Shown here: positions 27,557 through 38,124 of the stretch, one piece after another
Layout: each line of letters opens with the position of its first letter
Position numbering within the stretch: position 1 is the first letter of the stretch
Assembly (NCBI GenBank): GCA_963779415.1
Contig: CAVZYA010000002.1
Coordinates: 1-64,000 of the forward strand
DNA from: an uncultured Acidobacteriota bacterium
GTDB lineage: Bacteria; Acidobacteriota; Thermoanaerobaculia; UBA5066
Direction of reading: 5' to 3'
DNA length: 64,000 nucleotides
Notes under the pieces: model-generated
The model's database searches: none
Told to the model about the DNA's origin: nothing
Seen by the model: the letters and a program-made list of their open reading frames with translations, nothing else
Program-made: the position numbers and the translations under genes

Positions 27557-28637
27557 CGCAGAGGCGCAATGGGAATTGCCCGGGGCTATCTCGCCTCGAA
27601 GCTGAGGCCCTGACGGGGGCGTCCCTCCGATCACCCTGGCATTCTGTCCCTACGGGGGCTCCTCATGCGCCGTTTCTGGTCCCGTCGAGTCATGTCTCCG
27701 GGCGACTCCGCTGGAGGCCGGTCGGTCGACCCGACAGCTCTTCCGGCCCTTCGTCGGGCTACCCAGTTTCTCGGCCTCGCCTTTGGATCGGCCCTCGGTC
27801 GCCTGCGGGAGTCTGGCGCGACTGCGACGCGACTGTTTGAACCGGCTGAAGAGAGCGCCCTTCTCCTGAGGATGGCCCGTGAAGCTGCGGAGATCCTGGG
27901 GGCGCGGTGGGACAAGGTACCCGAGCGCCATCGCCCGCACTACCAGCCCGAGCAGCGCTACCGAATCCTCCGAATCAGGCATCTCCTCGGCCTCTCGCAA
28001 CGGGAGACGGCTCAGACTGTTTCGCGTGTCGATCGAGACGATCGCAAGGTGGGAGACGGATGCCGTGGCTGGTGACGGCCAGGACCAGCCGCCCCCTCGT
28101 GGCGCCGGTTCCTCCCGTTCGCCGTTTCGCCGATGTCGTCCGGGCCACCGTCAAGACAATGGAGCTGGCCGGCTTCGGGGGGAACGACCTGATCGCACGA
28201 ACGTTGGCCAGGGCAGGCTGGAAGCTATCCGCGAGGACCGTGGGGAGAATCCGGAAGGAACGGCGCCCGCCTCCCCTGCTGCCCGAAAAGGGATCGGCCA
28301 CGGGGAAGGCCGTAATGGCTCGGCGTCCGAACCACGTCTGGATGGTGGACCTGACGGACGTGAGAGGGCTGTTCGGGATCACGACCTTCAAGGTCGGGGC
28401 TGTCTTCGACGTCTTCTCCCGAATGCCTCTCTCCGCCAGGGTCTTTTCCCGGGAGCCGAACTCGGCCGAGGTCGCCCCCGGGAACGACCCGCGGTTTCGC
28501 CGTTTCGGGCCGCTTAGAGCCTAAACAGAACCCGGTCGGTGCGAGGACTCGAGCAGCTGAACGTGCATCCGCACGGGGGGTCCCTTCCACGCCAATCCCC
28601 TCTCTGCGCTTGCCGCAACTCCCATTGCGCCCCTACA
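27557..28637 (+). mobile_element. Defective TGT...ACA IS (IS481/rve-like) with frameshifted, truncated transposase
   Basis: Ends CGCAGAGGCGCAATGGGAATTGC / GCAACTCCCATTGCGCCCCTACA; ORF pieces 27665-28524 with HTH (LFRVSIETIARW, LSARTVGRI) and RPNHVWMVDLT...VFDVFSR; second D and E missing. Confidence 0.82.
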
Positions 28638-28700
28638 CGAACTGCGTTTTCAGGGTCGGAGGCAGAGATTCAACTCGTTCTCTGTCTGGAATTCACCTTG
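28638..28700. repeat. Partial att arm abutting the IS right end
   Basis: CGAACTGCGTTTTCAGGGTCGGAGGCAGAGATTCAACTCGTTCTC; compare 12795-12840 and 22650-22695. Confidence 0.65.
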
Positions 28701-28781
28701 AGAAATGGGTTTCAGAGTCCCTCCCTAGCGGGGGGTTCGCGTGGGACCCTACTCGAACGGACCAATCTTCACGGTAGTAAA

Positions 28782-28937
28782 AGACAAGCGAGGCGCCGAC
28801 CCCGGCCAGCACGGCCGCGGTCTCACCGGGGACCAGGAAGCCGATGAAGATCGCGTCCTCGAGGAAGACCGGCAGCACGGCGGTGCCGAGCAGCCAGAGC
28901 GGGCTGAGATGGAGGATGTTGTCCAGAACGCCGCACA
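28782..28937 (-). pseudogene. DedA-family 5' fragment
   Basis: VLDNILHLSPLWLL...VFLEDAIFIGFLVPGETAAVLAGVGAS, then similarity is lost. Confidence 0.65.
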
Positions 28938-28983
28938 CACCGGTCAGTCTGCCCGACGGTCCCCCAGCCGTAGAATCAGGCGC

Positions 28984-29802
28984 ATGACCGCATCCGCGAC
29001 CCCGAGCCGCGCGGCGGCGTTCCTGGCGATGCATCGACCCGGCGCCGGCTTCATCCTGCCGAATGCCTGGGACGGTGGCTCGGCACGGATCCTGGAACAG
29101 GCCGGGTTCGCCGCGATCGCCACCACCAGCGCCGGGATCGCCTTCAGCCGTGGTGCCGCCGACGGCACCATGGAGGGGCCGGAGATGCTCGACTGCATTG
29201 CGCGGATCGTGTCGGCTGTCGCGTGCCCGGTGAGCGCCGACCTGGAGTCCGGTTACGGCGCTACTGCCGACGACGTTGCAGCAACGGTCGCCGCTGCGGT
29301 CGAGCTCGGGGTGGTCGGAGGCAATCTGGAGGACGTGACTCAGCCCGGAGAACTGCTCCCGGTCGAGGCTGCCTGCGAACGTCTCGAGGCGGCGCGGACC
29401 GCCGCACCGGCCGGCTCGTTCGTGCTGAACGCGCGCACCGACGCCTACATGGTCAGGCACCCGGACGCCTTCGCCGAGACGGTGCGCCGGGCCGAGAGGT
29501 ACCTGGCTGCCGGAGCCGACTGCATCTTCGTTCCCGGTGTCAGCGCTGCCGAGGAGATCGGCAGACTGACCGCCGCGATCGGCGCGCCGGTAAACGTCGT
29601 GGCCGGGCTGGTCGAGCCGCTGCTGGACGCTGCCACCCTGCGCTCGCTCGGCGTCGCCAGGATCAGCGTTGGCGGCACCCTCACTCGCGCCGTCCTCACC
29701 CTGGTCGAGCAGGCCGCTCGGGAGATGGCAGATCACGGCACATTCGGCTTCGCCCGGGGCGCGATCCCGTACGCCGAGCTGCAGCAGCGCTTCAGCCGCT
29801 GA
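28984..29802 (+). CDS. Isocitrate lyase/PEP mutase family protein
   Basis: PNAWDGGSA, ATTSAGIA, PVSADLESGYG, GNLED, LNARTD, AGADCIFVPG, GVARIS. Confidence 0.92.
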   Translation: MTASATPSRAAAFLAMHRPGAGFILPNAWDGGSARILEQAGFAAIATTSAGIAFSRGAADGTMEGPEMLDCIARIVSAVACPVSADLESGYGATADDVAATVAAAVELGVVGGNLEDVTQPGELLPVEAACERLEAARTAAPAGSFVLNARTDAYMVRHPDAFAETVRRAERYLAAGADCIFVPGVSAAEEIGRLTAAIGAPVNVVAGLVEPLLDAATLRSLGVARISVGGTLTRAVLTLVEQAAREMADHGTFGFARGAIPYAELQQRFSR

Positions 29803-29819
29803 GCTGACATACCAGGCAC

Positions 29820-29839
29820 TGTAGGGGCGCAATGGGAAT
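29820..29839 (+). repeat. TGT...ACA left end immediately followed by an IS3
   Basis: TGTAGGGGCGCAATGGGAAT directly followed by the IS3 IR. Confidence 0.8.
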
Positions 29840-30893
29840 TGCTCCGCCCCCCATTTCAGCCAGACAGTTTTCGAGTCCAGAATGGGCTCAGAAAGGCTGG
29901 CTGTCATGGTGGAGTTTCTTCGGAAGGCGGATGGTCGGCAAGCAGGCGATGACCATCGAGATCCTCGGGGCGGCCCGGGAGGTAGTAAAAAGAAGTCCAC
30001 ACTTATTCAAAGGGTCCGGTCGGTGACGGACCGACCGATGGCGGCGGTCTGTCGGGCTCTGCAGGTGGCACGGGCCACGGGTTACCTTCGGCCCCGGCCG
30101 CGGAAGGGCGGCTTCTACGGGCGTGCCGAGGACACCGAGGTCCTCTACCAGATCCTCTCCGTGACGAAGACGCGAGCTTTGTACGGCTACCGGCGCACGT
30201 GTCGGCTCGTCAACCGCGAGCGGGAGGCCGGCGCGGAGACGCCCTACAACCGCAAGCGCATCCGGCGGATCATGCGGATCGCCGGCCTGATGCTTCCGGG
30301 GAAGAAGAGGCATCGTTTCGACCGGCCTCATACGGGGAAGGTCGAGATGCCCATCTCCAACCAGCGCTGGTGCTCCGACGGATTCAACATCCCTTGCTGG
30401 AACGGAGAGGTCGTCCAGGTCGCTTTCGCCGTGGACTGTCATGACCGCGAAGCTTTTGGACACGTGGCCCGCGCCCGGGATCTGCGCGGCGAGGACATCC
30501 GGCTCCTGCTCGATGAAGCCCTCTGGTCCTAATTCGGCGAACGCACGCTCACAGCTCCCGTCGAGATCCAGTGGCTCTCCGACAATGGCGGCCCCTACAC
30601 CTCGACGGACACCGTCCTCTACGCCCAGACTCTCGGTTTCCGCCCGGTGACGACCCCGGCCTACAGCCCCGAGTCCAACGGCATGGCCGAGGCCTTCGTG
30701 AACACCGTCAACCGCGACTATGTCTACGGTGCCGACCTCTCGGACGGGGAAACGGTCATCCGGCAGCTTCCCGAATGGATCGACGACTACAACCGAATCG
30801 CCCCCCACTCCCCCCTCGGAATGCTTTCCCAAAAGGAGTTTCGTGCCCTCAATCCTCAGACTTCATGTGTCTAGAAAATCGGGGGGCAGAGCA
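29840..30893 (+). mobile_element. Defective IS3-family element (OrfA mostly deleted, OrfB with internal TAA at 30530)
   Basis: IRs TGCTCCGCCCCCCATTTCAGCCAGACA / revcomp TGCTCTGCCCCCCGATTTTCTAGACA; YGYRR, SNQRWCSDG, VDCHDRE, WLSDNG, SPESNGMAEAFV, YNRIAPHSPLG. Confidence 0.88.
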
Positions 30894-31394
30894 CTATGGG
30901 TTCGGCTTCCTTAACCGGTGCGCGTAAATCTTGAGATCTTTGACCGTATCAAACGCATCCGGGCAGAGGCGCGCGGCTTTCCGCGCGGCGGCAACGTCCT
31001 CCATCCCGGAGCGCCTCGCCTGCAGGTAGGCGCGCGCCACCGCCTCCCGCTCCTTTTTCCGCAGCCGCCGTACTTCGGATGCCGGCGGGCCAATCCGCCT
31101 CTGAGGGTTCTCTCGCGCATAAGTCAGCTTTTCGCGCTGCCAGGCTTCGGCGAGGACCTTTAAAGCGGTAGGGCCGCCGTAACTACCGAGCGACTGCGCG
31201 AGGATGGCGACGTCTCCCCTCACCGTACGACTCAGGCCGTCGAAGATCCGGGCGGCCGCGCAGACGTCGTCGATCATGAATCGCTCAGAGTTCGCGACCG
31301 TGCAAGAGCATCCGAACCGCTTCTCGCATAGCGGGCACAGATGCTCGTGGGAGTGTGGCCCGTGGACTTCCGATCCTGCTCCTCCGATCTTCAT
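30894..31394 (-). CDS. Hypothetical protein with N-terminal His/Cys cluster
   Basis: GGAGGG RBS; HSHEHLCPLCEKRFGCSC; basic helical C-terminus; stop abuts the IS3. Confidence 0.5.
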   Translation of the reverse strand: MKIGGAGSEVHGPHSHEHLCPLCEKRFGCSCTVANSERFMIDDVCAAARIFDGLSRTVRGDVAILAQSLGSYGGPTALKVLAEAWQREKLTYARENPQRRIGPPASEVRRLRKKEREAVARAYLQARRSGMEDVAAARKAARLCPDAFDTVKDLKIYAHRLRKPNP

Positions 31395-31588
31395 TTGACC
31401 CCTCCCCGTCCCTCTCGCGCCGAGAAAGATCGCCTGGACGGCGCGGGAAGCGTCTTTGTATGGCCGTAATGACCCACTCCACGGCTGGCGACGGCCAGAT
31501 CAAAGTCTAAGGCTACCGGAGGTGACTTCCTCCCCGAAAACTGATCTACGCACGATCAGAGCTCCCGGGCTCTGAGCGCCAGCACGGG

Positions 31589-31613
31589 CCGCAATTCTTA
31601 TTGCACCCATATA
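31589..31613. repeat. Degenerate TGT...ACA right end
   Basis: CCGCAATTCTTATTGCACCCATATA vs CCGCAACTCCCATTGCACCCCTACA. Confidence 0.55.
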
Positions 31614-31643
31614 CGCCGCTGGAGGAACCCCACTGGCTTCCCT

Positions 31644-31878
31644 GTTAACCGCTCTCAGCCGCTCTCGACAAGAACCACCATCAGAGAACGGATCGAGGAC
31701 CCGAGGCGAGCTCTCACGCCGTGATGAGCGATATCAGTCCGCCCATTCCGACAGGAGTTGCCGCGGGGTCGACAAGGAAATCGTTTTGACTGATTGGGGT
31801 TTAGAGACGAAACCCCGCGAGGTCGTCGCGGGGTTCCCGTTAACCGCGAACCTGTTAGAGGTTCGCGGAGGAGAAGAG
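31644..31878. repeat. att arm immediately 3' of tRNA-Asn
   Basis: GTTAACCGCTCTCAGCCGCTCTCGACA; hairpins AACCCCGCGA..TCGCGGGGTT and CCGCGAACCT..AGGTTCGCGG; homologous to 7094-7228 and 12660-12769. Confidence 0.85.
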
Positions 31879-31953
<75 letters not shown>

Positions 31954-32004
31954 ATGTGAAAGAGCCGGCAGTCGCTGCGCGCAAGGACCGCGCGAAGGCC
32001 GCGA

Positions 32005-32033
32005 ATCGTACGGTCCGAAGCTCTCCGCGTCAA
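32005..32033 (-). promoter_or_regulatory. sigma70 promoter of tRNA-Asn
   Basis: TTGACG-N17-TACGAT on the minus strand, followed by a GC-rich discriminator. Confidence 0.75.
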
Positions 32034-32065
32034 GGTGCCGCGATTCAGCGGGTTAACCTCGTTCC

Positions 32066-33001
32066 GTGATCTCCGCACGCGCCTCGCTGCCCATAGGGCG
32101 GTTCGCGCCCTCCCCCACCGGCCCGCTTCACCTCGGGAGCCTCGTCGCGGCCGTCGGCTCGTGGCTCTTCGCGCTCGTCGGTGGCGGCACGTGGCTCGTC
32201 CGGATGGAGGACCTCGACACGCCGAGGGTCGTCCCCGGCGCCGCCGACGACATTCTCCGGACGCTGGAGCGGTACGGCCTGACATGGGACGGGGAGGTCG
32301 TCTTTCAATCCCGGCGCCTCGCGCATTACGACGCGGCTCTGGAGATTCTTCTTGGAAAGAGGATGGCATACGCCTGCGCATGCTCGCGGGCGGATCTCGC
32401 GCGTGTCGCCTCGGCGCCCGCTCGCGGCGACGAGGGCGACGCCGCGGGCGCGGCGGTCTACCCCGGCACGTGTCGCTCGGGACTCGCGCCCGGTAAGACG
32501 GCGCGCGCCTTCCGCTTCCGCGTCCCCTCTGGTCTCTTCACTTTCGAAGATCTTCTCTTTGGTTCCCTTTCCCAGGACGTCGAGAGGGCCGTCGGCGACT
32601 TCGTCGTCAAACGCGCGGACGGCCCGTACGCCTATCAGCTCGCCGTCGTCGTGGACGACGCGGAGCAGGGCGTCACGCAGGTCGTCCGCGGCGCGGATCT
32701 CCTCGATTCGACCGCGCGGCAGATCGCCCTCCAGCGCGCGCTCGGCCTCCCGACGCCGGTGTATGCGCATCTTCCACTCGTCCTCGCGCCGGACGGGTCG
32801 AAGCTGGGAAAACGCGACGGCGCGCTCCCTCTCGCGACGCTCGACGAGGGGCGCGTCCGCGCGACGCTCGCCCTCGCGCTTCGGGTCCTCGGGCAGGAGA
32901 CCGCAGAGGGGCCGCCGCCGGAGATGCTCGACGAGGCCCTCCGACACTTCTCGCCGCGCGAGGTGCCGCCGTTTCCTTACCGCCTGTCGGGGCCGGTCTG
33001 A
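32066..33001 (+). CDS. gluQ: tRNA glutamyl-Q(34) synthetase GluQRS
   Basis: [58 protein letters not shown]; no anticodon-binding domain. Confidence 0.95.
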   Translation: MISARASLPIGRFAPSPTGPLHLGSLVAAVGSWLFALVGGGTWLVRMEDLDTPRVVPGAADDILRTLERYGLTWDGEVVFQSRRLAHYDAALEILLGKRMAYACACSRADLARVASAPARGDEGDAAGAAVYPGTCRSGLAPGKTARAFRFRVPSGLFTFEDLLFGSLSQDVERAVGDFVVKRADGPYAYQLAVVVDDAEQGVTQVVRGADLLDSTARQIALQRALGLPTPVYAHLPLVLAPDGSKLGKRDGALPLATLDEGRVRATLALALRVLGQETAEGPPPEMLDEALRHFSPREVPPFPYRLSGPV

Positions 33002-34620
33002 AGAGCGAAGACGTCGATCGAGGTCCCCGCCCGAAAGAGAAGTCGCGCACCCGCGCTCCGTGCGGCCGCGACGGCCTCCGTTGCGTGCGGCACGCCTCCC
33101 GGATCGAGGGCCGATCCGGGGCCGACGAGAAGGAACTGGCGCGAGACGGCCAGAAGCGGCCGCCCCTCCAGCGAGCCGCCGCGCAGGAGATCGGTGGAGC
33201 CGGGAATCCGCACCTCCGGCTCGTCGCCGCCGAAGTAGGCGACGGCGAGATCGCCGCCGCGAAGGCCGCGCTCTTGAAGCTCATGGTCGAGCCGGATCAG
33301 GTCCTGCCCCCAGTCGAGGTTGGAATCGGCGAGCGCGGGCCGGGGGAAGAGCCGTGAGGCTATTCCTTCCCTTCCGATCGTCCGGCCGAGGGCGAGCGGC
33401 GCGAGGGCCAGGGCGGCGGTCACGAGAAGAGCGCGCGTCCCGACCCGGGCCGCGATCGTCGCCGCCGCTCCGGCCGAGGCGAGCGCCGCAGGAAGGAGAA
33501 CGTGCCGGACACCGATCCGGGGACCGGGGAGCGAGAGAACGAGGAGCACCGCGGCAGAGACGAAAAGCCGCCGCGCCCGCGGAGGCGCGCCCCGGCGCAA
33601 CGAGAGAACGGCTCCGACGAAGACGAGGAGAACCCAGACCGCCGGCGCCGTGACGAGGAGCGCGACGACGTGGTACGTGAAGGGCGGATGGCTCGTCGTC
33701 TCGCCGAGGAAGAAGGTCGGCCGCCCCGCCTCCGCCTGCCGGAGGTCCACCAGAAGTCCCGCCGCGTACCGGGCGGCGCCCGCGTCGACGCGCCCGATCG
33801 TCTGGACTCGCTCCCGGTCCTCGGGGGAGAGACGGTAGATCCGGGTCAGGAGCGACAGGTTCTCCGCGGCCGACGGAGGACTCCAGAGTCTCAGAAGCAG
33901 AACGGTCGCGAGAAGGGCGGCGAGAGGCACGCCGAGGGCGACAAGGATGCGCCTGCGGAGGTCTCCGCTCCCCGTCCGGGCCCCCGCGAGCAGAAGGAGC
34001 GCCGCCACCGGCAGGAGAAGCAGGCCGGTGAACTTCATCAGCGAGGCGAGGGCGAGAAGGAGCGCCGCGAGGAGGGCGCGCGGAGCCGAAGGCTTCTCCA
34101 GATGCTCGAGCAGCGTCGCCACGGCCGCCATGCCGAGGGCCGCGAAGGGGACGTCGGTCGTCGCCAGATGGCCGTGCGGGAAGAAGGCCGCCTGCCCCGC
34201 GACGAGCGCGGCGGCGAGAAGCCCGGCCCCCCCTCCCCCGGCCGCCGCGTAGGCCGCAACGATCAGAAGAACGAAGAAGCCGATCGTGACGCCGCGCGCC
34301 GGAAGGAGAACGGCGTCGGCGGAGATCCCGCCCCGATTCCGGAAGAGAACGTCCTGACAGCTCCGGTAAAAGGCCCGGAAAGAGACCGGGCCGTCCCGCG
34401 CTCCCGCGAGCCCCGCCGCCCGCCCGAAGAACTCCTTGGCGAGCGGCGGATGCTCGAGGTTCAGGCTCCACCCGCCATGGACGGCCTCGGCGAGGCCGGC
34501 CGCGATGTGCACCGGCTCGTCCGCCGTGGCCGAGTCGGTACGGGCATCCACGATCGACAGGACGACGACGAGAGCAAGGAGCGAAACGAGCCCGACGCGC
34601 GCAAGCCGGCCGGAGATCAC
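32977..34620 (-). CDS. GT-C fold (PMT/ArnT-like, GT39/83) membrane glycosyltransferase
   Basis: [42 protein letters not shown]; GTG start overlapping upstream stop. Confidence 0.85.
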   Translation of the reverse strand: MISGRLARVGLVSLLALVVVLSIVDARTDSATADEPVHIAAGLAEAVHGGWSLNLEHPPLAKEFFGRAAGLAGARDGPVSFRAFYRSCQDVLFRNRGGISADAVLLPARGVTIGFFVLLIVAAYAAAGGGGAGLLAAALVAGQAAFFPHGHLATTDVPFAALGMAAVATLLEHLEKPSAPRALLAALLLALASLMKFTGLLLLPVAALLLLAGARTGSGDLRRRILVALGVPLAALLATVLLLRLWSPPSAAENLSLLTRIYRLSPEDRERVQTIGRVDAGAARYAAGLLVDLRQAEAGRPTFFLGETTSHPPFTYHVVALLVTAPAVWVLLVFVGAVLSLRRGAPPRARRLFVSAAVLLVLSLPGPRIGVRHVLLPAALASAGAAATIAARVGTRALLVTAALALAPLALGRTIGREGIASRLFPRPALADSNLDWGQDLIRLDHELQERGLRGGDLAVAYFGGDEPEVRIPGSTDLLRGGSLEGRPLLAVSRQFLLVGPGSALDPGGVPHATEAVAAARSAGARLLFRAGTSIDVFALQTGPDRR

Positions 34621-35648
34621 CCGGCTTCTCCGAACGGCTCGGCGACGGACTCGGCGAGGACGGGGACGAGGAGCGCCACGACGAGGAACGCGATCCGGTC
34701 CCACGTCCACGTGACGAGCCAGGCGGGGTCGAGCTTCGTGAAGGCGAAGGCGGCGAGGAGAAGCCCGCTGAAGGCCGCCGTGCCGAGAAGGACTCCCTTG
34801 CGCCGCCGCCGGACTCCGGGCGCGGCGGCGAGGAGAACGGCGCCGCCGAGAATCCACCCGAGGTTCGGCAGGAGCGCGAGCGAAACGAACGCCTTCGCGG
34901 CGGTGGCGAGCGTCCCGAGCGAGAAGGCCGAGAGCAGATAGTCCGCCCGCGCCATCCCCGGGCCCTTCATCGCGAGAAAGAGGAGCCATGGAGAGAGACC
35001 GAAGAGGAGAGACGCGAGTGCGACGAGGAGACCTTCCCGCCGCCGCCCGGCCAGAAGGAGCCCCGCCGCGAAGATCGCCGCCGCGACGGTTCCTTCCTGT
35101 TTCGTCCAGCACGCCAGCACGAGAAAGAGCGCAAGGGTGACGGGCGCCCGCCGGGAGCTGTCGAGACGCTGCAGCTCCCCGAGGGCACCGAGGAGGAGAA
35201 CGGCGAGAAGCGCCTCGGCGTAGCCGGGATAGACGCGCCAGTACGGAAGGAGCGCGGCCACCGCGGCAGCGGCCGCTTTCGCCCACGGGGGCCCCGCGGT
35301 CGCCCGCGCGGCAAGGAGCGCGGCTGCGAGAGCGAGAAGAGGCCAGAGGAGACCGGCCGCGAGATCGTCGTACCGCCCCGTCAGAGCCCGGGAAGTCAGC
35401 GCGAGCAACGCCGGCCAGAGGGGCGGGTATTCCGGATGGGAGAAGGCCCCCACCGGATCGACGCGGAAGAGGGCCGTGAGATCGCCGGAGCGCGACAGCG
35501 CACGGGCCTTCAGCCCCCAGATCGCAACGTAGTCACCCGAGTTGAGCGGCTGCCTCACCGCGACGATCCCCGCCAGAAAGACTCCCCACCCGGCGGCCAT
35601 CACCAGAATCACCGTCGCGACGGCGCCGGCTCGTCCGGCGCGGGTCAC
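34617..35648 (-). CDS. Membrane protein, probable GT-C-like
   Basis: Multi-TM; DYVAIWGLKA, SHPEYPPL, GYAE, WTKQEG. Confidence 0.72.
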   Translation of the reverse strand: MTRAGRAGAVATVILVMAAGWGVFLAGIVAVRQPLNSGDYVAIWGLKARALSRSGDLTALFRVDPVGAFSHPEYPPLWPALLALTSRALTGRYDDLAAGLLWPLLALAAALLAARATAGPPWAKAAAAAVAALLPYWRVYPGYAEALLAVLLLGALGELQRLDSSRRAPVTLALFLVLACWTKQEGTVAAAIFAAGLLLAGRRREGLLVALASLLFGLSPWLLFLAMKGPGMARADYLLSAFSLGTLATAAKAFVSLALLPNLGWILGGAVLLAAAPGVRRRRKGVLLGTAAFSGLLLAAFAFTKLDPAWLVTWTWDRIAFLVVALLVPVLAESVAEPFGEAG

Positions 35649-36052
35649 GGCGCCTCCCGGGGAAGCGGACGGAACCGGAAGCGGGCGTCCGGGATCTCCG
35701 CGCGTTCGAGGACGACGCGCCGCGGCGCGAGGACGAGGCCCGCCACGCGCCGGCGGGTCTCCGCGCCGTCATCGGAAACCGCCGGTGGAAGAGTCAGGAG
35801 GACGTCGACGCCGAGGGGCCATCGCGCGTCGGCGGCCGCGACCGTTACCGCGAACTCCGTGTCGCCCCGGAAATAGGGCGCGTTGAGGAGCCGGCTCCGG
35901 TATCCCGCGCGCCAGAACTTTCCGGCGAGGGAAAACGACACCGAAAGCGGGGCGTCGGGTTGTGCGCGGAGGAGGAGGGCCAGGAGCCCCGCGGCCGCCA
36001 GCCCCGCGGCCAGCAGCTTCCGTGCTCTTCCCGAAAGTCGAGCCGGGCTCAC
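35645..36052 (-). CDS. Hypothetical membrane-anchored protein
   Basis: N-terminal TM; 4-bp overlaps with both neighbours. Confidence 0.65.
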   Translation of the reverse strand: MSPARLSGRARKLLAAGLAAAGLLALLLRAQPDAPLSVSFSLAGKFWRAGYRSRLLNAPYFRGDTEFAVTVAAADARWPLGVDVLLTLPPAVSDDGAETRRRVAGLVLAPRRVVLERAEIPDARFRFRPLPREAP

Positions 36053-36849
36053 GAGCGCCGGCCGAAGGCCTTTCGAAGCTCCCGGATCGTGGCGTCGAGC
36101 TGTTCGACCGGCTCGTGGAAGAGGAGCTTCCGGACCGAGCCCATCTCCCGCTCGAACTGGATGAGCGCCTCCTCGCCCTCCGGGTTTCCGGCCTGGATCA
36201 TCCGGGTCAGCTCGGATTCCTGATCGAGGATCGGCCCGATCAGCTCCACGAGGCGCCGGAACGACGTCGAGGCGCGGCCGTGGAGAGCGTCCGGGGCGAC
36301 CTCCATCGCGGCCAGCGCCGCGGCGGCCCCGAGGGCGAGGGCGTGAGTCAGCCCCATCGTCCGCGCGATCCAGGGGTCGTGCTCGGCGACGGGCATCGTC
36401 GCGATCCGGAGCCCCGACCCGTCGAAGAGGGACCTCGTCCGGCGCGCCGCCTTCGCGTCGCCGCAGTCGCAGACGATCAGGTCGTGCCCGCGAAAGCTCC
36501 GGATGGACGGTCCGAACATCGGATGGACCGAGGCGACCGAGATGCCCCGAAGACGCGCCGCCTCGAGGAGCGGGAGGAGCGGCGCCTTGACCGACGCGAT
36601 GTCGAAGACGAGGCCCCGCGGCTTTTCGGCGACGACGGCGGCGAACGCCTCGGCGGAGCGGGAGAGCGTGGCGGCCACGACGACGACGTCCGCCGAGGCG
36701 GCTTCGGAAAGAGGCGCCGAGCGGAAGCCCGGCACGGCCCCCTGCGGGTCGAAGATCGCGACGCGAAAACCGTTCCGGCGCAGCTGCCTCGCGAAAAGCC
36801 GCCCCATCCGCCCGGCCCCGCCGACGAGAAGAACGTTCTTCTTCTTCAT
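36049..36849 (-). CDS. tyrA: Prephenate/arogenate dehydrogenase
   Basis: LVGGAGRMG Rossmann motif, [21 protein letters not shown]; ATGA overlap with tyrS. Confidence 0.9.
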   Translation of the reverse strand: MKKKNVLLVGGAGRMGRLFARQLRRNGFRVAIFDPQGAVPGFRSAPLSEAASADVVVVAATLSRSAEAFAAVVAEKPRGLVFDIASVKAPLLPLLEAARLRGISVASVHPMFGPSIRSFRGHDLIVCDCGDAKAARRTRSLFDGSGLRIATMPVAEHDPWIARTMGLTHALALGAAAALAAMEVAPDALHGRASTSFRRLVELIGPILDQESELTRMIQAGNPEGEEALIQFEREMGSVRKLLFHEPVEQLDATIRELRKAFGRRS

Positions 36850-38090
36850 CGCTTCACCTTGATGAATCTCTTTCCCATTCGAAGGAAAATACCGTCGCCG
36901 GGGCCGACGCGAATCCGGCCCGCCGGAGAGTCCACCTTCGACCAGGTCCGGCCGTCCTCCGAGGTCGCCACGGCCCCTTCCCGCACCTTCTGCCGCGCCA
37001 CGTTCTTGCTCGGCGCGAGGCCCGCCTCGACGAGGATCTCCGCGATGCCGCACTCGGCACCGCTCTTCGCTCCGGAGAGGACGAATTCCTCCGCGACGAC
37101 CGCTCCCGAGGCGCCCGCGAACCGGCGCGCGAATTCCTCCTCCGCGCGTCGAGCCGCCTCGTCGCCGTGGAAGTCCGTCACGAGCCTCCGCGCGAGATCC
37201 ATCTTCACCCTCTTCGGGTGTGCCTTTCCTTCGGCCACCTCGGCCCTCAGCGCGTCGATCTCGGCCGGGCGGAGGTCGGTCAGGAGAGTCCAGTAGCTCC
37301 ACATCGCCACGTCCGAGACCGACATCACCTTCCCGTAGATCTCGTCCGGGGGCTCGGCGATCCCGATCTGGTTGCCCAGCGACTTCGACATCTTCTCCAC
37401 GCCGTCGAGTCCCACGAGGAGCGGGAGCGTCATGACGACTTGCGGCTCCTGCCCCCACTCGCGCATCAGGTCGCGGCCGACGAGGAGATTGAAGAGCTGG
37501 TCGGTTCCCCCCAGCTCCACGTCGCACGAGAGTGCGACCGAGTCGTACCCCTGGCAGAGGGGGTAGAGCAGCTCGTGGACGGCGATCGGCTTCTGCGCCG
37601 CGAAGCGCTTGGCGAAGTCGTCCCTCTCGAGAAGCCGCGCCACCGTGTACTTCGCGGCGAGGCGGATCATTCCGTCCGCGCCGAGGGCCCCGAGCCAGCG
37701 CGAGTTGAAGTCGACGATCGTCGACTTCGGGTCGAGGATCCTGAAGACCTGCGCCTTGTACGTCTCCGCGTTCGCCAGGACCTCGTCCCGCGTCAGCTGC
37801 GGGCGCGTCGCCCTCTTCCCGGTCGGGTCGCCGATCATCCCGGTGAAGTCCCCGATCAGGAAGACGACCTCGTGTCCCAGCTCCTGGAAGTGGCGCATCT
37901 TCCGGAAGACGACCGTGTGCCCGAGGTGGAGGTCGGGAGCCGACGGGTCGAACCCGACCTTCACGCGGAGGGGCTTCCCCGTCTTCTCCGACCGGGCCAG
38001 CTTCTTTTCCAGCTCATCGCGCTGGACGCAGCTCTCGATCCCTTTCAGGAGGAGATCGAGCTGCTCGGCGACGGGAGGAAAGGCCGGCAT
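36846..38090 (-). CDS. tyrS: Tyrosine--tRNA ligase
   Basis: [35 protein letters not shown]4-like C-terminus. Confidence 0.98.
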   Translation of the reverse strand: MPAFPPVAEQLDLLLKGIESCVQRDELEKKLARSEKTGKPLRVKVGFDPSAPDLHLGHTVVFRKMRHFQELGHEVVFLIGDFTGMIGDPTGKRATRPQLTRDEVLANAETYKAQVFRILDPKSTIVDFNSRWLGALGADGMIRLAAKYTVARLLERDDFAKRFAAQKPIAVHELLYPLCQGYDSVALSCDVELGGTDQLFNLLVGRDLMREWGQEPQVVMTLPLLVGLDGVEKMSKSLGNQIGIAEPPDEIYGKVMSVSDVAMWSYWTLLTDLRPAEIDALRAEVAEGKAHPKRVKMDLARRLVTDFHGDEAARRAEEEFARRFAGASGAVVAEEFVLSGAKSGAECGIAEILVEAGLAPSKNVARQKVREGAVATSEDGRTWSKVDSPAGRIRVGPGDGIFLRMGKRFIKVKR

Positions 38091-38124
38091 CCTCCGGATT
38101 GTAGGAGAGCCTTCCCCCGGAGCC

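Noticed and set aside
30530-30532. In-frame stop in IS3 OrfB as recoding
   Set aside because: It is TAA at a non-catalytic position in an element already missing most of OrfA; ordinary decay.
3092-31613. TGT...ACA ends as a Tn7/CAST system
   Set aside because: No tnsA/B/C/D, tniQ or cas genes, and no arrays of internal TnsB sites seen; the only linked transposase is a single HTH+rve remnant.
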